Assembly (NCBI GenBank): GCA_951406725.2
Contig: OX597826.1
Span: forward strand, 53,010,001 to 53,074,000
Length of the DNA: 64,000 bases
DNA from: Octopus vulgaris
Lineage: Eukaryota
Reading direction: 5' to 3'
In this document: positions 51,930 to 64,000 of the stretch, piece after piece
Position numbering within the stretch: the first letter of the stretch is position 1
How the letters are laid out: every line of letters starts with the position of its first letter
Made by a program: the position numbers and the translations under genes
The notes under the pieces: model-generated
The model's database searches: none
Seen by the model: only the letters and a program-made list of their open reading frames with translations
Told to the model about the DNA's origin: nothing

Positions 51930-54900
51930 AAGTTCATGTTGGTGTTATGCCTAGGGTGTCATATATTTAGTTTTGCATATAGTATTGTTCTAGAGAATGC
52001 TTAAGAAAACATAAGAAAATTATGAATTTGTTTTGATATTTGAGATTACATAGATAGCATTTTATGTAGGATGTGGGCAGTTCCTATGAGCATTATCTTT
52101 TGAATTTCTGCAATTTTGGGGTGTCCTGGTATCTGAGCTATGAAGGAATTATTCCCTTTTGCTATCATTCCTAGGGCACCTATGACAACAGATATTGTTT
52201 TAGTCTTGAGGTTCCACATTTTGCCGATTTCTATTTCGAGATTTTTATAATTGCTCAGTTTTTGGTAGTTCTTGACAGATACATTTACGTGGATAAGGAC
52301 AGTCATATCAATGAGGAGGCATGATTTTTCTGAAGTCTTTCAATATAATATCTGACCTATTCGCATCCACCTTTCTCTCAGTTTGAATGTTGAAGTTCCA
52401 GAGGAGTGAGATATCATTCATTTTCAAGCACTGGAGGTGGTTTGTATTCCCACCAGTTTTTATCATGGGGCAGGTCCAGGGTTTTGAAAATTACCCTGTG
52501 AATATATTGTGCTGTTCTATCATGCCTGTTGAAATACTCTGTAGGCGCAAGAAAACTGCACATGAAGACAACATGATCAATGGTTTCATTTCCTTGTTTA
52601 CATACACAACATCTTGGGCTACTGCCATTCTTTAATAGGCTGGTCTGGTAGTTCCTTGTAGGTGGGCATTGATCTTAGGTTGCTATAATAAACCCTCCTG
52701 TTTTTGATTTTAAGTCAGAAGACACTAACCATTGATGGGTAAGTGATTTGTCAACATAGGCACTATTATATCTCTTTGGGTATTTGCCATGGAGAGGTTT
52801 TCTTTGCCATTCATCAGTAAAAATATTTTAGGCAGAAGTTTTAGCAGATTTTCATACGCTTAGCTTTTTCTGTGCTTGTTTCTAGTACGTCTAATTCTGG
52901 AATTTGCTGTATTTGGAATTCACGTAGATATTCCTTTGCCTGTTTTTTACCTAGTATGATGCTTTCTTGTTTTCATGCTTTGAGACAAGTTTTAACATCC
53001 AGTCATCAGAGTTTTTCAGTAAGTGTCCAGGGTAATTGTGGCAGTCATCATTGTAAATTTCAGTTGTAAAAGTCCACGGCCGCCCTCTTTTCTTGGCAGG
53101 TCAAGTCCTTCTATATCTGCCTTAGGGTGGTGCATTCTATGCACTATCAAAAATTTTCGTATTTTTCTGTCAAGATACATATTTCACTAACTGACCAGTT
53201 AGTCACGACCGGTATGGCTAAAGTATTGATTGCTTCGATCCTGTTAATAATAAAGGTAGCTTTTGCACATTTATCGAGGCCAAATTGCATCCTGATGTCA
53301 TCACTGAATTGTTTAACAATTGCTAGTAAGCCCTGTAGTTGTTGGTCATTTTTTGCAAAGAGCTTTAAATCATCCATCTAAATGAAATGATTTATGTTTT
53401 TATCAAACATTTTATAGCCATATTGCACGTCATCGAGCAATTTCGAGAGAGGCATTAAAGCTAGACAAAAGAGGAGTGGTGATAGAGAGGTCACCCTTGA
53501 AAATGCCACATGAAATTCTTACATCTCCAGCATTGAGAGATTCATTGTCACTGTTCAAAGTCAGTGTGGTTCTCCATGGTCTCATACTTACAGACAAGAA
53601 GTTTCGCAGAGTAGGTGCTATTTTATACATTTCCAGACATTTCTTAATCCAGCTATGTGGTAGACAATCAAAAGCTTTTTATAGTCTATCCAGGCTATCC
53701 ACAAGTTTTCGTGTTGTTTGTGACAATTTTCCAAGATCATCTTATTGATGAGTAGCTGATCTTCACAACCATAGGATCCACGTTTAAATCATTTTTGCTC
53801 ATTTGGGAATATGCCACTTTCTAGTAGGAAACTATAGGTATATTCAGTCAAGACAAATGTTAATATTTTATACATTGTTGTTAAGCAGGTTATGGGTCTA
53901 TAATTTTTTGGTTCATTTGTTTCTTCAAGTTTTAGAAGTAGCAATGTAACACCATTAACTAGCCAAGAAGGAATCATACTAGGTTGTTGCAAAACATTGT
54001 TGTGAAGTTTTGTTAGCAGTTCATGGCTCTCTTGGAAGGCATTCAACCAGAAGTTAGGAATTTTATCCTTTCCTGGAGACTTCCATTTGTTTGACTTCTT
54101 GAGAGCAGATCTTACATCCTCTACAATGATACCCTCCCACTTTTGCTCTTCTAAGGAGTCTAAGTTTGTAGATATTCTATCAATCCAAGGGGCTTTTTCC
54201 TTGTATGTTTTTTATCCTGCCCTAATTTTATTCCAGCACTTCTTTTGATGGGACAAACTTTACTGTAACTGGTATTTTCCTTATCTTCCTGTAAAAAATG
54301 TTTTGTGTTATTTTTGAACATGTCCTTGAATAATCTAACGCACTTTTCATACCTTGCTATGCAGGCAGCTTTAGCACATGCCTTTTGATAGTTTCTATAG
54401 TGGTATCGATGTTAAGTATGGTTTTCATATTATATTTTTCTTTAATTTTCGGGTTTTTGTTGGTTTGATAGTCTTGTCTTAAGGGGGTTTTTTTATGTCA
54501 AACCTAAGTAGCTGAATTTGGTGTTGAATATGCTCTTGCCAAGTAGGCTTTTTGTGGGAATGTTGTCGCTTTCTAATCTTTTCACCACATAGAATCATTG
54601 ATTTTCCCGGATGCATAGTACAGGTGGTTGAAATGTATAATATCAACATCATTGGCTGAAATTGTATCCTTAAGTGCAAGGCGGGTTTTACCAATTACTT
54701 TCAGGTTTTGGTTAGAACTGCGAATTTTTGAGAGAGTGTCGCGTTCATTCATATTGGTTTCTTTATTTTTCAGCCATTCAATCATGATTTTACTTTTTAG
54801 ATCATGTTGTTCTTTTGGGTCAGTTTATGCGTGAGTTTCTTCATCTATTTGATTTTCATCTGCCTTGGTGTTTATGTTTGGTTCAGAAAGTATTTCACTT

Positions 54901-54984
54901 TGCTTATCATTTACATTAACTCTTTCAATCATTTTTGCATTTTCATCAGACCTGGGTTGGTCTATAATTATTTCCTCTGTAGTA

Positions 54985-54985
<1 letters not shown>
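51930..54985 (-). mobile_element. Dong/R4-like RLE retrotransposon, long and heavily mutated
   Basis: WKSPG.DKIPNFWLNAF, PKNYRPITCLTTMYKILT, MDDLKLFAKN, NYKNLEIEIGKMWNLKT, QKIMLIGTAHIL; 3' end near an (ATT) tract. Confidence 0.85.
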
Positions 54986-55238
<253 letters not shown>

Positions 55239-55250
55239 ATATATAATTAT

Positions 55251-55930
55251 TCTGTATTTTTGTTATTTTTTATTTGCCCTGTCCGTGTGAGCTAACAGTC
55301 GTACTGACTTTCATGGGAAACATGTATTTTCGTGGTTGAAACCTTTTGGATTAACTGGTGCTAGAGTGAGCATTATAGTGACCACTCTCTTATATTTATT
55401 TTGTAAAAATATTATAATATGTTATAAAATATTATAATAATCCAGGTTTCTCGTAGCACTAGGCCACTTGGTGTTGAATAAATATACTATTAAATTAGTA
55501 TCTAATTCTCTCACCCTTATTAATTAATTATAATTATGCTGCATTTATTTCTAAATGCTGTATTTGTTTTCCGTGAAAGTTTGGCGCGCTGTTGGTTGGG
55601 GCATTTGAATTATAACGTCGGATGTAATCAATTGAACCACACGCGTATTTATCGTTATGGTAAAATCTGGCGTGTGATTGAGTGGATTTCATCCAGATAG
55701 TCTTGGCTGACGAGCTACAAGTGGATTTCTTGTAAGTAATATTACATTTAATTCATTAATAGCGAAACAATTGTCCCAAAATAATCTGTATTTTTGTTAT
55801 TTTTTATTTGCCCTGTCCGTGTGAGCTAACAGTCGTACTGACTTTCATGGGAAACATGTATTTTCGTGGTTGAAACCTTTTGGATTAACTGGTGCTAGAG
55901 TGAGCATTATAGTGACCACTCTCTTATATT

Positions 55931-55936
<6 letters not shown>
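55251..55936 (+). mobile_element. Retrozyme-like element: 534-bp unit with identical 152-bp direct terminal repeats and a canonical HHR, in (TA)n
   Basis: 55251-55402 equals 55785-55936; the HHR at 55703-55779 ends just before the second repeat. Confidence 0.8.
55703..55779 (+). ncRNA. Canonical type I hammerhead ribozyme, predicted cleavage after C55775 (GUC)
   Basis: TTGG-CTGACGA-GCTA..TAGC-GAAA-CAATTG-TC-CCAA; all core nucleotides are canonical; palindromic stem III ACAATTGT. Confidence 0.88.
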
Positions 55937-55969
<33 letters not shown>

Positions 55970-55984
55970 TATACATACATATAC

Positions 55985-56049
<65 letters not shown>

Positions 56050-56196
56050 GCAATACGAGAGTATTGCTTTCCAGTAAAGAATAGCCCTTGAGGGAAAATT
56101 ATACATAGAAGTAAATATATGGTACAACGAAGTACCGATATTTACTGGAAAATAGCGAACGTAATAAATACGACGCTAATGTATAGCTTCACCGCG

Positions 56197-56274
<78 letters not shown>

Positions 56275-56618
56275 TACCTATATATGTGTGTGCGTATGAG
56301 TGTGAGTGTGGATGTGTATATTTATATAAAGCAAGATAGATAGATCTTGTTTCGGTGCCAGATGTTTTTGACAGAAAATATTGTTGCCTCAAGAAAGCAC
56401 ATTTATGCTTGTGGTATGTATATGTGTGTGTGTACATACATATGTGTGCAAGAGTGAGCATGCGCGCGTGGATATGTGTGTATACAGTATGTATGCTTTT
56501 ACATATATATGTATATATATATATATATGTATGTATGTATAGTTCGTATTTGTTTTGGGTTCACTTAATATATATATGTGTGTGTGTGTATTTATATACT
56601 AATTGAACCCAAAAAAAG

Positions 56619-56660
<42 letters not shown>

Positions 56661-57336
56661 GTATGTATGTATATGCATATTTATATATAAATTTCTACAT
56701 ATGTACATATATATATATATAAATTAAAATTAAAATGAGGGGGAGAAATTAGATATTAAATTGATGTTATCAATTTAACTCCAGTGGTCTAGCTTATCAA
56801 AAAACTGAGGTTCAGTTACATACTTAGGAGAGTGATTACCACTATGTGGACACTCTAATGCTAGAAGTAGATCCGCTATGACCTTACCACAAAGAAATGT
56901 TCTCTAGAATATTGAGCAAACACCAGAAACGTATATATATATGAGTATGTATTATGTATATCTGTATTCCATCTTCCGGGGACAGCATTGTTTTTCTTCA
57001 GATACATTGGATGCCTATAGAAGTACTTGACAATGAAAGATTTTGTAGCGCTAAGAAAATATGTCAATGTCACTAGACATTCTTAAGTAAGTTTCGTAGA
57101 GAATTTGTCATTTATTTCTAAATAAGCAGTGAAATACCTTACAGCTATTTTACCTCATCACCCAATCTGACATATCTGTATTTAACCTTCGCAGCAGACA
57201 ATTTTGATGCTGTAGTTATGTATGGAAGTCACTACAGACATAATCTAATGTAACGATACATCGTAAATTCCGAAAAATCCGATTGCATTTAACATTTAAT
57301 CGTAGTTTTCTTCATCTTTTTCTTTTAAACCTTGGG

Positions 57337-57439
57337 ATCACATAGATAGTATTTTGCATAGGATATGAGCAGTTCCCATGAGCACTATCTTTTGAATTTC
57401 TGCCATTTTGGGGTTTCCTGGTATCTGAGTTAGGTAGCA

Positions 57440-57505
<66 letters not shown>

Positions 57506-57516
57506 CATTATTATTA

Positions 57517-57556
<40 letters not shown>

Positions 57557-57700
57557 GATTATTATTATTTTATTATTATCATTATCATTCAGTAGTTTTA
57601 TTTTTATAACGTGCTTTCACTTCACTACCGAGCGCAGCTCTGTGTGCCTTGGGTATGTACTGTGATTTGTTGTGATACTCTGGTGGTTACTGTATTGAAA
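57337..57700 (-). mobile_element. Two short Dong/R4 3'-end fragments (57337-57437 and 57586-57700) around (ATT)n
   Basis: QKIVLMGTAHIL and the reverse complement of the 44800-44915 3' UTR. Confidence 0.8.
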
Positions 57701-57709
57701 GTGTTATTA

Positions 57710-57754
<45 letters not shown>

Positions 57755-57918
57755 TTATTATTATTTTCCCTTCTTTCTCTTATTCCTTATCTTCCTCTTG
57801 TACTTCATCCTTATTATAATCATCATTATCATGTTTTTGCTTTTGTTGCTGCTTCTGCTGCTGTTGCTTCTGCTGCTGCTGCTTCTGCTGCTGCTGCTGT
57901 TGTGGTTGTTGTTGTTTA

Positions 57919-58108
57919 AAGCGGCGAGCTGACAAAATCGATATCGTGCCTGACAGAATGCTTAGCAGCATTGCGTCTATCGTTACGTTCCAAGTTCAAA
58001 TCCTGCCAAGTCGACTGTGCCTTTCATTCTTTCGAGATCGATAAATTCAGTACCAGTCGAGCGTTCAGTGTAGATATAATCGACCAAGTCTTGTACCCAT
58101 TGTAAAAT
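57919..58108 (+). mobile_element. SINE family A, diverged
   Basis: GCGGCGAGCTGACA head, AAGTTCAAATCC and GCCTTTCATTCTTTCGAGATCGATAAA. Confidence 0.7.
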
Positions 58109-58399
58109 TGTTTTTTTACATCATCCTCCTCCTCCTCTTCTTCTTCTTCTTCTTCTTCTTCTTCTTCTTCTTCTTCTTCTTCTTCTTCTTTTCCTTCATC
58201 ATCTTCTTTGTTATCATCTTCATCACCGTCACCATCATAATCATCATCACTGTCACCATCGTAATCATCATCATCGTCAACATTTTAGGTGTTACTCAAG
58301 CACTCAGCTATGAGTCCACTGCATCTTATCGTAGAATCAACTGTAAGTTAATGAAGTTCATGAGAAAAACTTTTATTCTTTTGTCATCTTATTTTCTTT

Positions 58400-58477
<78 letters not shown>

Positions 58478-58851
58478 CGAGAGAGAGAGAGAGTCAAATT
58501 TCTTCAAGAATTATATGATATCAATTAAGAAACACTTTTACTCTCATAATAAGTATTTTTCTGCATTGGAAATGCGCTTAGTGCTTAACTACATTTTCCA
58601 TTCCTGTCCGTATTGTACGATCGCATACTTAGGAACGTAAGTTCCTATTGAATCTGCCATGGTATAGAATTTAGGATTTGTCATTTTATCAAGCTCAGTC
58701 AATTAATTTTGATATGAGAGGCGTGTCTGATGCATCGGATGATATTTTTTTAGCGATTGGTTATTGTTTCTTTTGAGTATCCTATACAAGCCATATATAT
58801 ACTAGATGCTTACGAGCTATTGACCGTGTTCTACTAGATCTTAATGAACTG

Positions 58852-58985
<134 letters not shown>

Positions 58986-59415
58986 GCTAATAGGCCAAAA
59001 CTTCGAAGTCATTGTCACCTTCTTTCTTCTCATAAAAGATAAGAAATATGTACTCTACAAAATTTGTGGAGTAATTCTTCAGTTTAATAGGCGTTTTTGT
59101 TTTAATTGGATATGAAAACATTCAGATATATAAATATATATAGAGAGAGAGAGGTGGCAGGGAGAGAGTGAGAGACAGACAGGCAGACAAACAGAGGCAG
59201 AGAATGGTAAGACTGTTGTTAGTTGATCTTGAAAATATTTCGGAATTTTTTTCTCACAATGAAATCAATAAAATAAAGCAAGGTGTATTGTTTTGATGTT
59301 TGCTGATGTCGAATTTTGCTGTACTATGAGTTTATATTTTCAAACTTTCTATTCGTTTTATCTAATTAAAATTCTATGCCATGTTGCTTATAATTTTATT
59401 TCTGTTGTGTTTCAG

Positions 59416-59867
59416 TTGCTGTTGTGGTAGCCTTTTTCATTTGTTGGGCGCCGTTTCATATCCAACGCCTCATGGTGTTTTATGTAAAGGAGTGGACAAT
59501 AAAGCTGCGTCGAGTAGAAAAGATAATATTCTACATATCAGGAATTCTGTACTACTTCAGCGCGACAATCAATCCTATACTGTACAACATAATGTCCGTC
59601 AAATTTCGACAGGCTTTCAAAATGACATTGCTGAACTTGTGTAGTAAAAACACTCCGAGAAATCATACATTCATGCTGTACAGATATACATTTAAAGATC
59701 GGAAACACTCCCTCGATATCGTCAACAAAGCCAAGAACTGTTTCATTCCACCACGTGAATGTGGCCCTCCCTGTATATGCCCAGTTCCGAGTAGTGGGAA
59801 CTTTCATTCAGGGTATCATAAAAGTAATACTGTACCCCTTTCAGAATTAAAAAACGAAAGAAACTGA
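59416..59867 (+). CDS. PRXamide receptor-like GPCR, coding exon 2 (TM6, TM7, C-tail)
   Basis: Acceptor TTTCAG at 59410-59415. The join gives KMLVAVVVAFFICWAPFH; NPILYN and KFRQAF follow; stop at 59865-59867. Spliced CDS is 1317 nt (438 aa). Confidence 0.93.
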
Positions 59868-60006
59868 ACCGCGACAGTCATTTGCTTACGAAACAAATAA
59901 ACACCATAGCCATAGTCGTATCTCTAAATTCTATGTATTGACAACCTGAAGAAACGTTCCTTTCTGTTTTATAGCAGCTGTTGTTTCACCTAGTGTTGTT
60001 ACTACC

Positions 60007-60068
<62 letters not shown>

Positions 60069-60100
60069 GGATGATGATGATGATGAGGAGGAGGAGGAGG
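60007..60100. repeat. (GAT)n/(GAG)n microsatellite in the putative 3' UTR
   Basis: Directly visible. Confidence 0.9.
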
Positions 60101-60646
60101 AGAGAGTTATTTGACTTAATGATGATAATAGACATTACAATAATCTTCATGGATAAGGGCCGCAACCGTCCAATAACATGCGAATATTTTCGGCTCTACG
60201 TTTCGAATGGTTAACCCATCATTTTCTTATGCTTAATTACATACACAGAAACATCCAACCGTGCGCACACGCGCGCATGCCTATTTGTTTGTTTCTGGTG
60301 TGCTTGTGTGTATGTGCGTGTGTATATGTGTGTGCGCGTACACGCGCGCATGTAACTACAGTAATCGTTAAAAGGAAAACAAGAAGAACAATGATTGACA
60401 AATAAGAAACGATGAAGCTAAATGTTAATCAGACGGAAAGAAGAGGGAAACATAAAACTGTGAGAAAGAGAAATATTCAATGAGGAAAAATATCAGCGAA
60501 TTATTAGAAACAGGTGGGAATGGTGATTTAATGTGCGAGGTAAGCATGGTGGGTGTGAGGATGCTAATATATTGAGTGTATCTATGTCTGGAGATGGACA
60601 TAAAATGATAGTAACTATGTATGCAAATGTGTGCGTGCTTGTGTTT

Positions 60647-60725
<79 letters not shown>

Positions 60726-61037
60726 GTGGTGGTATGAGTAGCAACTCAACAATGAAAGAAAATAAATTTCTATGTCTGCGGAGACAATATAGTTCGTATG
60801 AGATCAGAATATGTAGGAGTGGAGGAAAGAAAAGCGTAATGAAGTAAGTAATATATCAATGAAGTATACAGAGTGTTTAAATCTTAATGATACGCAGTAA
60901 AGTAATAGTAACATTTTTACATTATGATATAATTGTAAATGACTTGCTGTAATTGATATATGCAATGGTAGTAAAATACTTAATGAAATAAATGTCACCT
61001 AATATAATGTAGAATAAAACTTGAAATATTATCGAAA

Positions 61038-61097
<60 letters not shown>

Positions 61098-63446
61098 TGC
61101 TTGACCAAGTTAGAAATCTACTGAATAAACTCACTAGCATACGACAATTATATAACAGATATTGTTATTTCAGATTGTGAGAAATCTAGGGAAAACCAAA
61201 CAACAGTTCTTCAGAGAAAATGCACCATCAGACAAAAATGTATCGGTCATTACACTCTAAGGGCGTCGGGTCGCATCTAGGTCATGATTCCTGGATACCT
61301 CTCGGCTGCAATACTCTATACTACTGTCTGCATTTCTTCCCCCGCTGGGCGGTTAAGATGACTCAGTGTCAAGGTACTTTCAGTATTGTTACCAGTTCAA
61401 TCTGAGACACTTGTTGACTGTAGGGTTAAATAACAAATTAATTTATAAACTTATTTTGTATAGTTGTTAAGTTATCCTGAAATAAATTCTATGCATTTAT
61501 TCTGATTCGCCTACCACTTCTGTCCCCCCGGTTCCTTTTTACTAACTTAATTTTCTCATTTAAGTATATAGATTTACCCCATCTTGTCAATATTCAGAAA
61601 TAACTTTAAACAACTAGACCGCTCGTTTCAATAAAATTTTATTACTTTTTCATTCTTTACGCCTACTCTTCCTTATCACTTCAACTCTTTTCATTTCTCC
61701 CTTCTACTATGTCCAACGAGAGTTGCTTTCCTGTCATTCGATCGATTAATCTGCATAGTTCGTTTTTTCACAATTGATTTTCCTCTTACTGTTTTTAGTA
61801 TAAAGCCATTTTACTTATTATAGACAGCTTTACATCACTGAAGAATTATGTAATTGGTGAAACCGTTAACATCACGTAATATAAATGCATATAGCGTTCT
61901 TGATGAAATGTGATCAATTGTTGATGAAAACAAAGACTATATCCATTCATGGTAGTAATTTGAACTTATACCCTTAGAACTTGACATTTCCCTTCAGTTT
62001 ATTCAACTCAGCTGATAGGTCATTTTAGTCACTGATACCACAAACTAACATTGTCATCAGCCGCAACAGTACGAAATTGAACTGATATCTGTAACTGATT
62101 TCTTTTGTGAAAGGTTTGAAGTATATATTACTCTACTACTTGTTGTAAGATTTTAATCTGAATCAGATTAAATTAGTCATTCTAACAGTGAACTGATCCG
62201 AGCAATGAGCTATTCAAAATTGCATATTGTAAATGAAGGAGTCGAATGAATTGTTCGCTTCTCTACAGACTATCTATAGGCTGTCACATAAATAGTCGAG
62301 TAAGACTCTTCATATTTCATTTACGTTCACCACCAGCAAATGGTTGTAAGTAATGATTTTGAAGTTATGCTGCTCGCTTCGCACCTCGACCATTACAGCT
62401 AATCATTTTGATCAATTGCAGGAACATTGATAATACAAAATGATGCACAGTTTACAGTTATAAACCATTGCAGCTTATAGTTACAAGCGATTGTGCCAAA
62501 TGGTTACCATCCATTATAACTTTTACACAGGCTTCGACCTCTGTTACATTAAAGCAATCCAAAAGGAGATCTTCGCTCAGCTAATCTCACCACGAAATAA
62601 CTCCTTAGTTGGTTGAAGACACAAAATCGTTAACATATTTCTAACTGTCCCAGTAAGAGGATATTCATTTTATCTTCTGTTTTTTTTTTAAGTCAGTCTA
62701 AGAGGTAATCTAATTTACATAGAGTCTGTATAACACATTTTCTACACAAGAATTACTTGACTAAAATCGATATACAGACATCTTAATTCGTACATCTACA
62801 TGCTTCTGTTTCATCTTACTTCAAACTACATTTTATATGATTTTCAGTAATAGTTAAACCGCCACTTTGAGTGGGGTGGAACTAAACAATATAAAAGGGG
62901 AAATGAAAGCAATAATAGTAAAATCTTGTAAATATCCAAATAGAAAAGCTTCATTTATCGTCTTCTCTGCACAAATTATACATCACGTTAACATAGTTAT
63001 TTATATATATATATATATATATAAGAAGAAGACAAAGGAAATTCTTTAACACACTTTAATGATTCTTTACACTTATTTCTCTACCAACTCTACTTGCAAC
63101 GCAAGAATTCGAAGTGAAAATTTGAAAATTTGGGTTTTGTTGACGGTTTTAAACTTAGAGAGGTACTACTCCAACTGACATAATGAAGTGATATACACAT
63201 AGACAGCCTTGAAAGAGAAGAGAATAAAAGAAAGGCGCAAAATTCTCGACCAAATAATTTTGCTGAATTGAAGAATTTTTTCAGAAAAATTGTAATTAGA
63301 AACATGAAGAATATAAATAAGAATATAAAGAATGCGTGCTATAAAAATAGTTTTGTTCAATCTTTTATTTTGAGTAAACTGAAAAGTAAATTACCGAATT
63401 AATACGGAGTTATGTGTAAAGGACTGTCAAAAGATAAAAACAATAA

Positions 63447-63600
63447 GCTGTCTTTATATTCTGAGTTCAAATTCCGCCGAGGTCGACTTTGCCTTTCATC
63501 CTTTCGGGATCGATAAATTAAAAGTTGCGTACTGTTGTCTATCTAATCGACTGGCCTCTTCCCCAAAAATTTCGGGCCTTGCGCCTAGAGTAGAAAAGAA
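63447..63600 (+). mobile_element. SINE family A, 5'-truncated
   Basis: GAGTTCAAATTCCGCCGAGGTCGACTTTGCCTTTCATCCTTTCGGG core; tail as in 23900-23966. Confidence 0.8.
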
Positions 63601-64000
63601 TCTATTTTCTGATCAGTAAGGTAATTAATATAGAAGAAGCAAACTGATAGGATATTTTAATAAATAAAGAAGAAATTTAAATATTTAGTTATTAATGATA
63701 TTAACATTGATGGTGATTATGAAAGAATGTGTGAATGTTAAAGATGTCGGTGTAAGAATTACATTTTGGCTACTCTCTATGAAAACAAGTCATCACTGTT
63801 TAAGGATATACGATGTAATATTAAAAAGTTGTCATTGTACATTTACGTATGCAGTGTGTATATATGCAGCATCACTGTCTTTTCATTGCGTATTCATGTT
63901 ACGACTTTCATATTTACTAAGATTCACATAGACTTTCACTTTCTGTCAAATGCAGTCAAACACATTATTCTGATTTCATTCATATACGTTGAACCACCAT

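Noticed and set aside
55300-55335. Second HHR inside the 152-bp direct repeat (CTGACTT..GAAACATGTA)
   Set aside because: G8/A9 are missing and there is no credible stem I or II.
61150-61220. Minus-strand CTGAAGA..GAAA HHR candidate
   Set aside because: Stem I does not pair and stem II is poor.

Overview
Eukaryotic, AT-rich and extremely microsatellite-rich genomic DNA; the repeat content suggests an octopod cephalopod, although this is an inference. There is one host gene: a two-coding-exon class A neuropeptide GPCR of the PRXamide (pyrokinin/capa/neuromedin U) receptor family, join(36996..37860,59416..59867), 438 aa, with a 21.6 kb intron. The rest is mostly decayed mobile DNA: a CR1/Jockey-group LINE, Penelope-like elements, Dong/R4-type RLE retrotransposons in (AAT)n, RTE fragments, two mariners, a Tc1-like relic, a non-autonomous Helitron, a Ginger-like TIR element and several tRNA-derived SINE families. 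The main unexplained signal is about a dozen type I hammerhead ribozyme (HHR) motifs, read by eye, in several unrelated non-coding elements that mostly sit in (TA)n tracts. One has a fully canonical core in a 534-bp unit with identical 152-bp direct repeats. Others lie in both arms of long palindromes, and one family carries the compensatory U3:A8 core. Together they look like a diverse retrozyme-like, Penelope-mobilised system. Almost all other listed ORFs are microsatellite artefacts.
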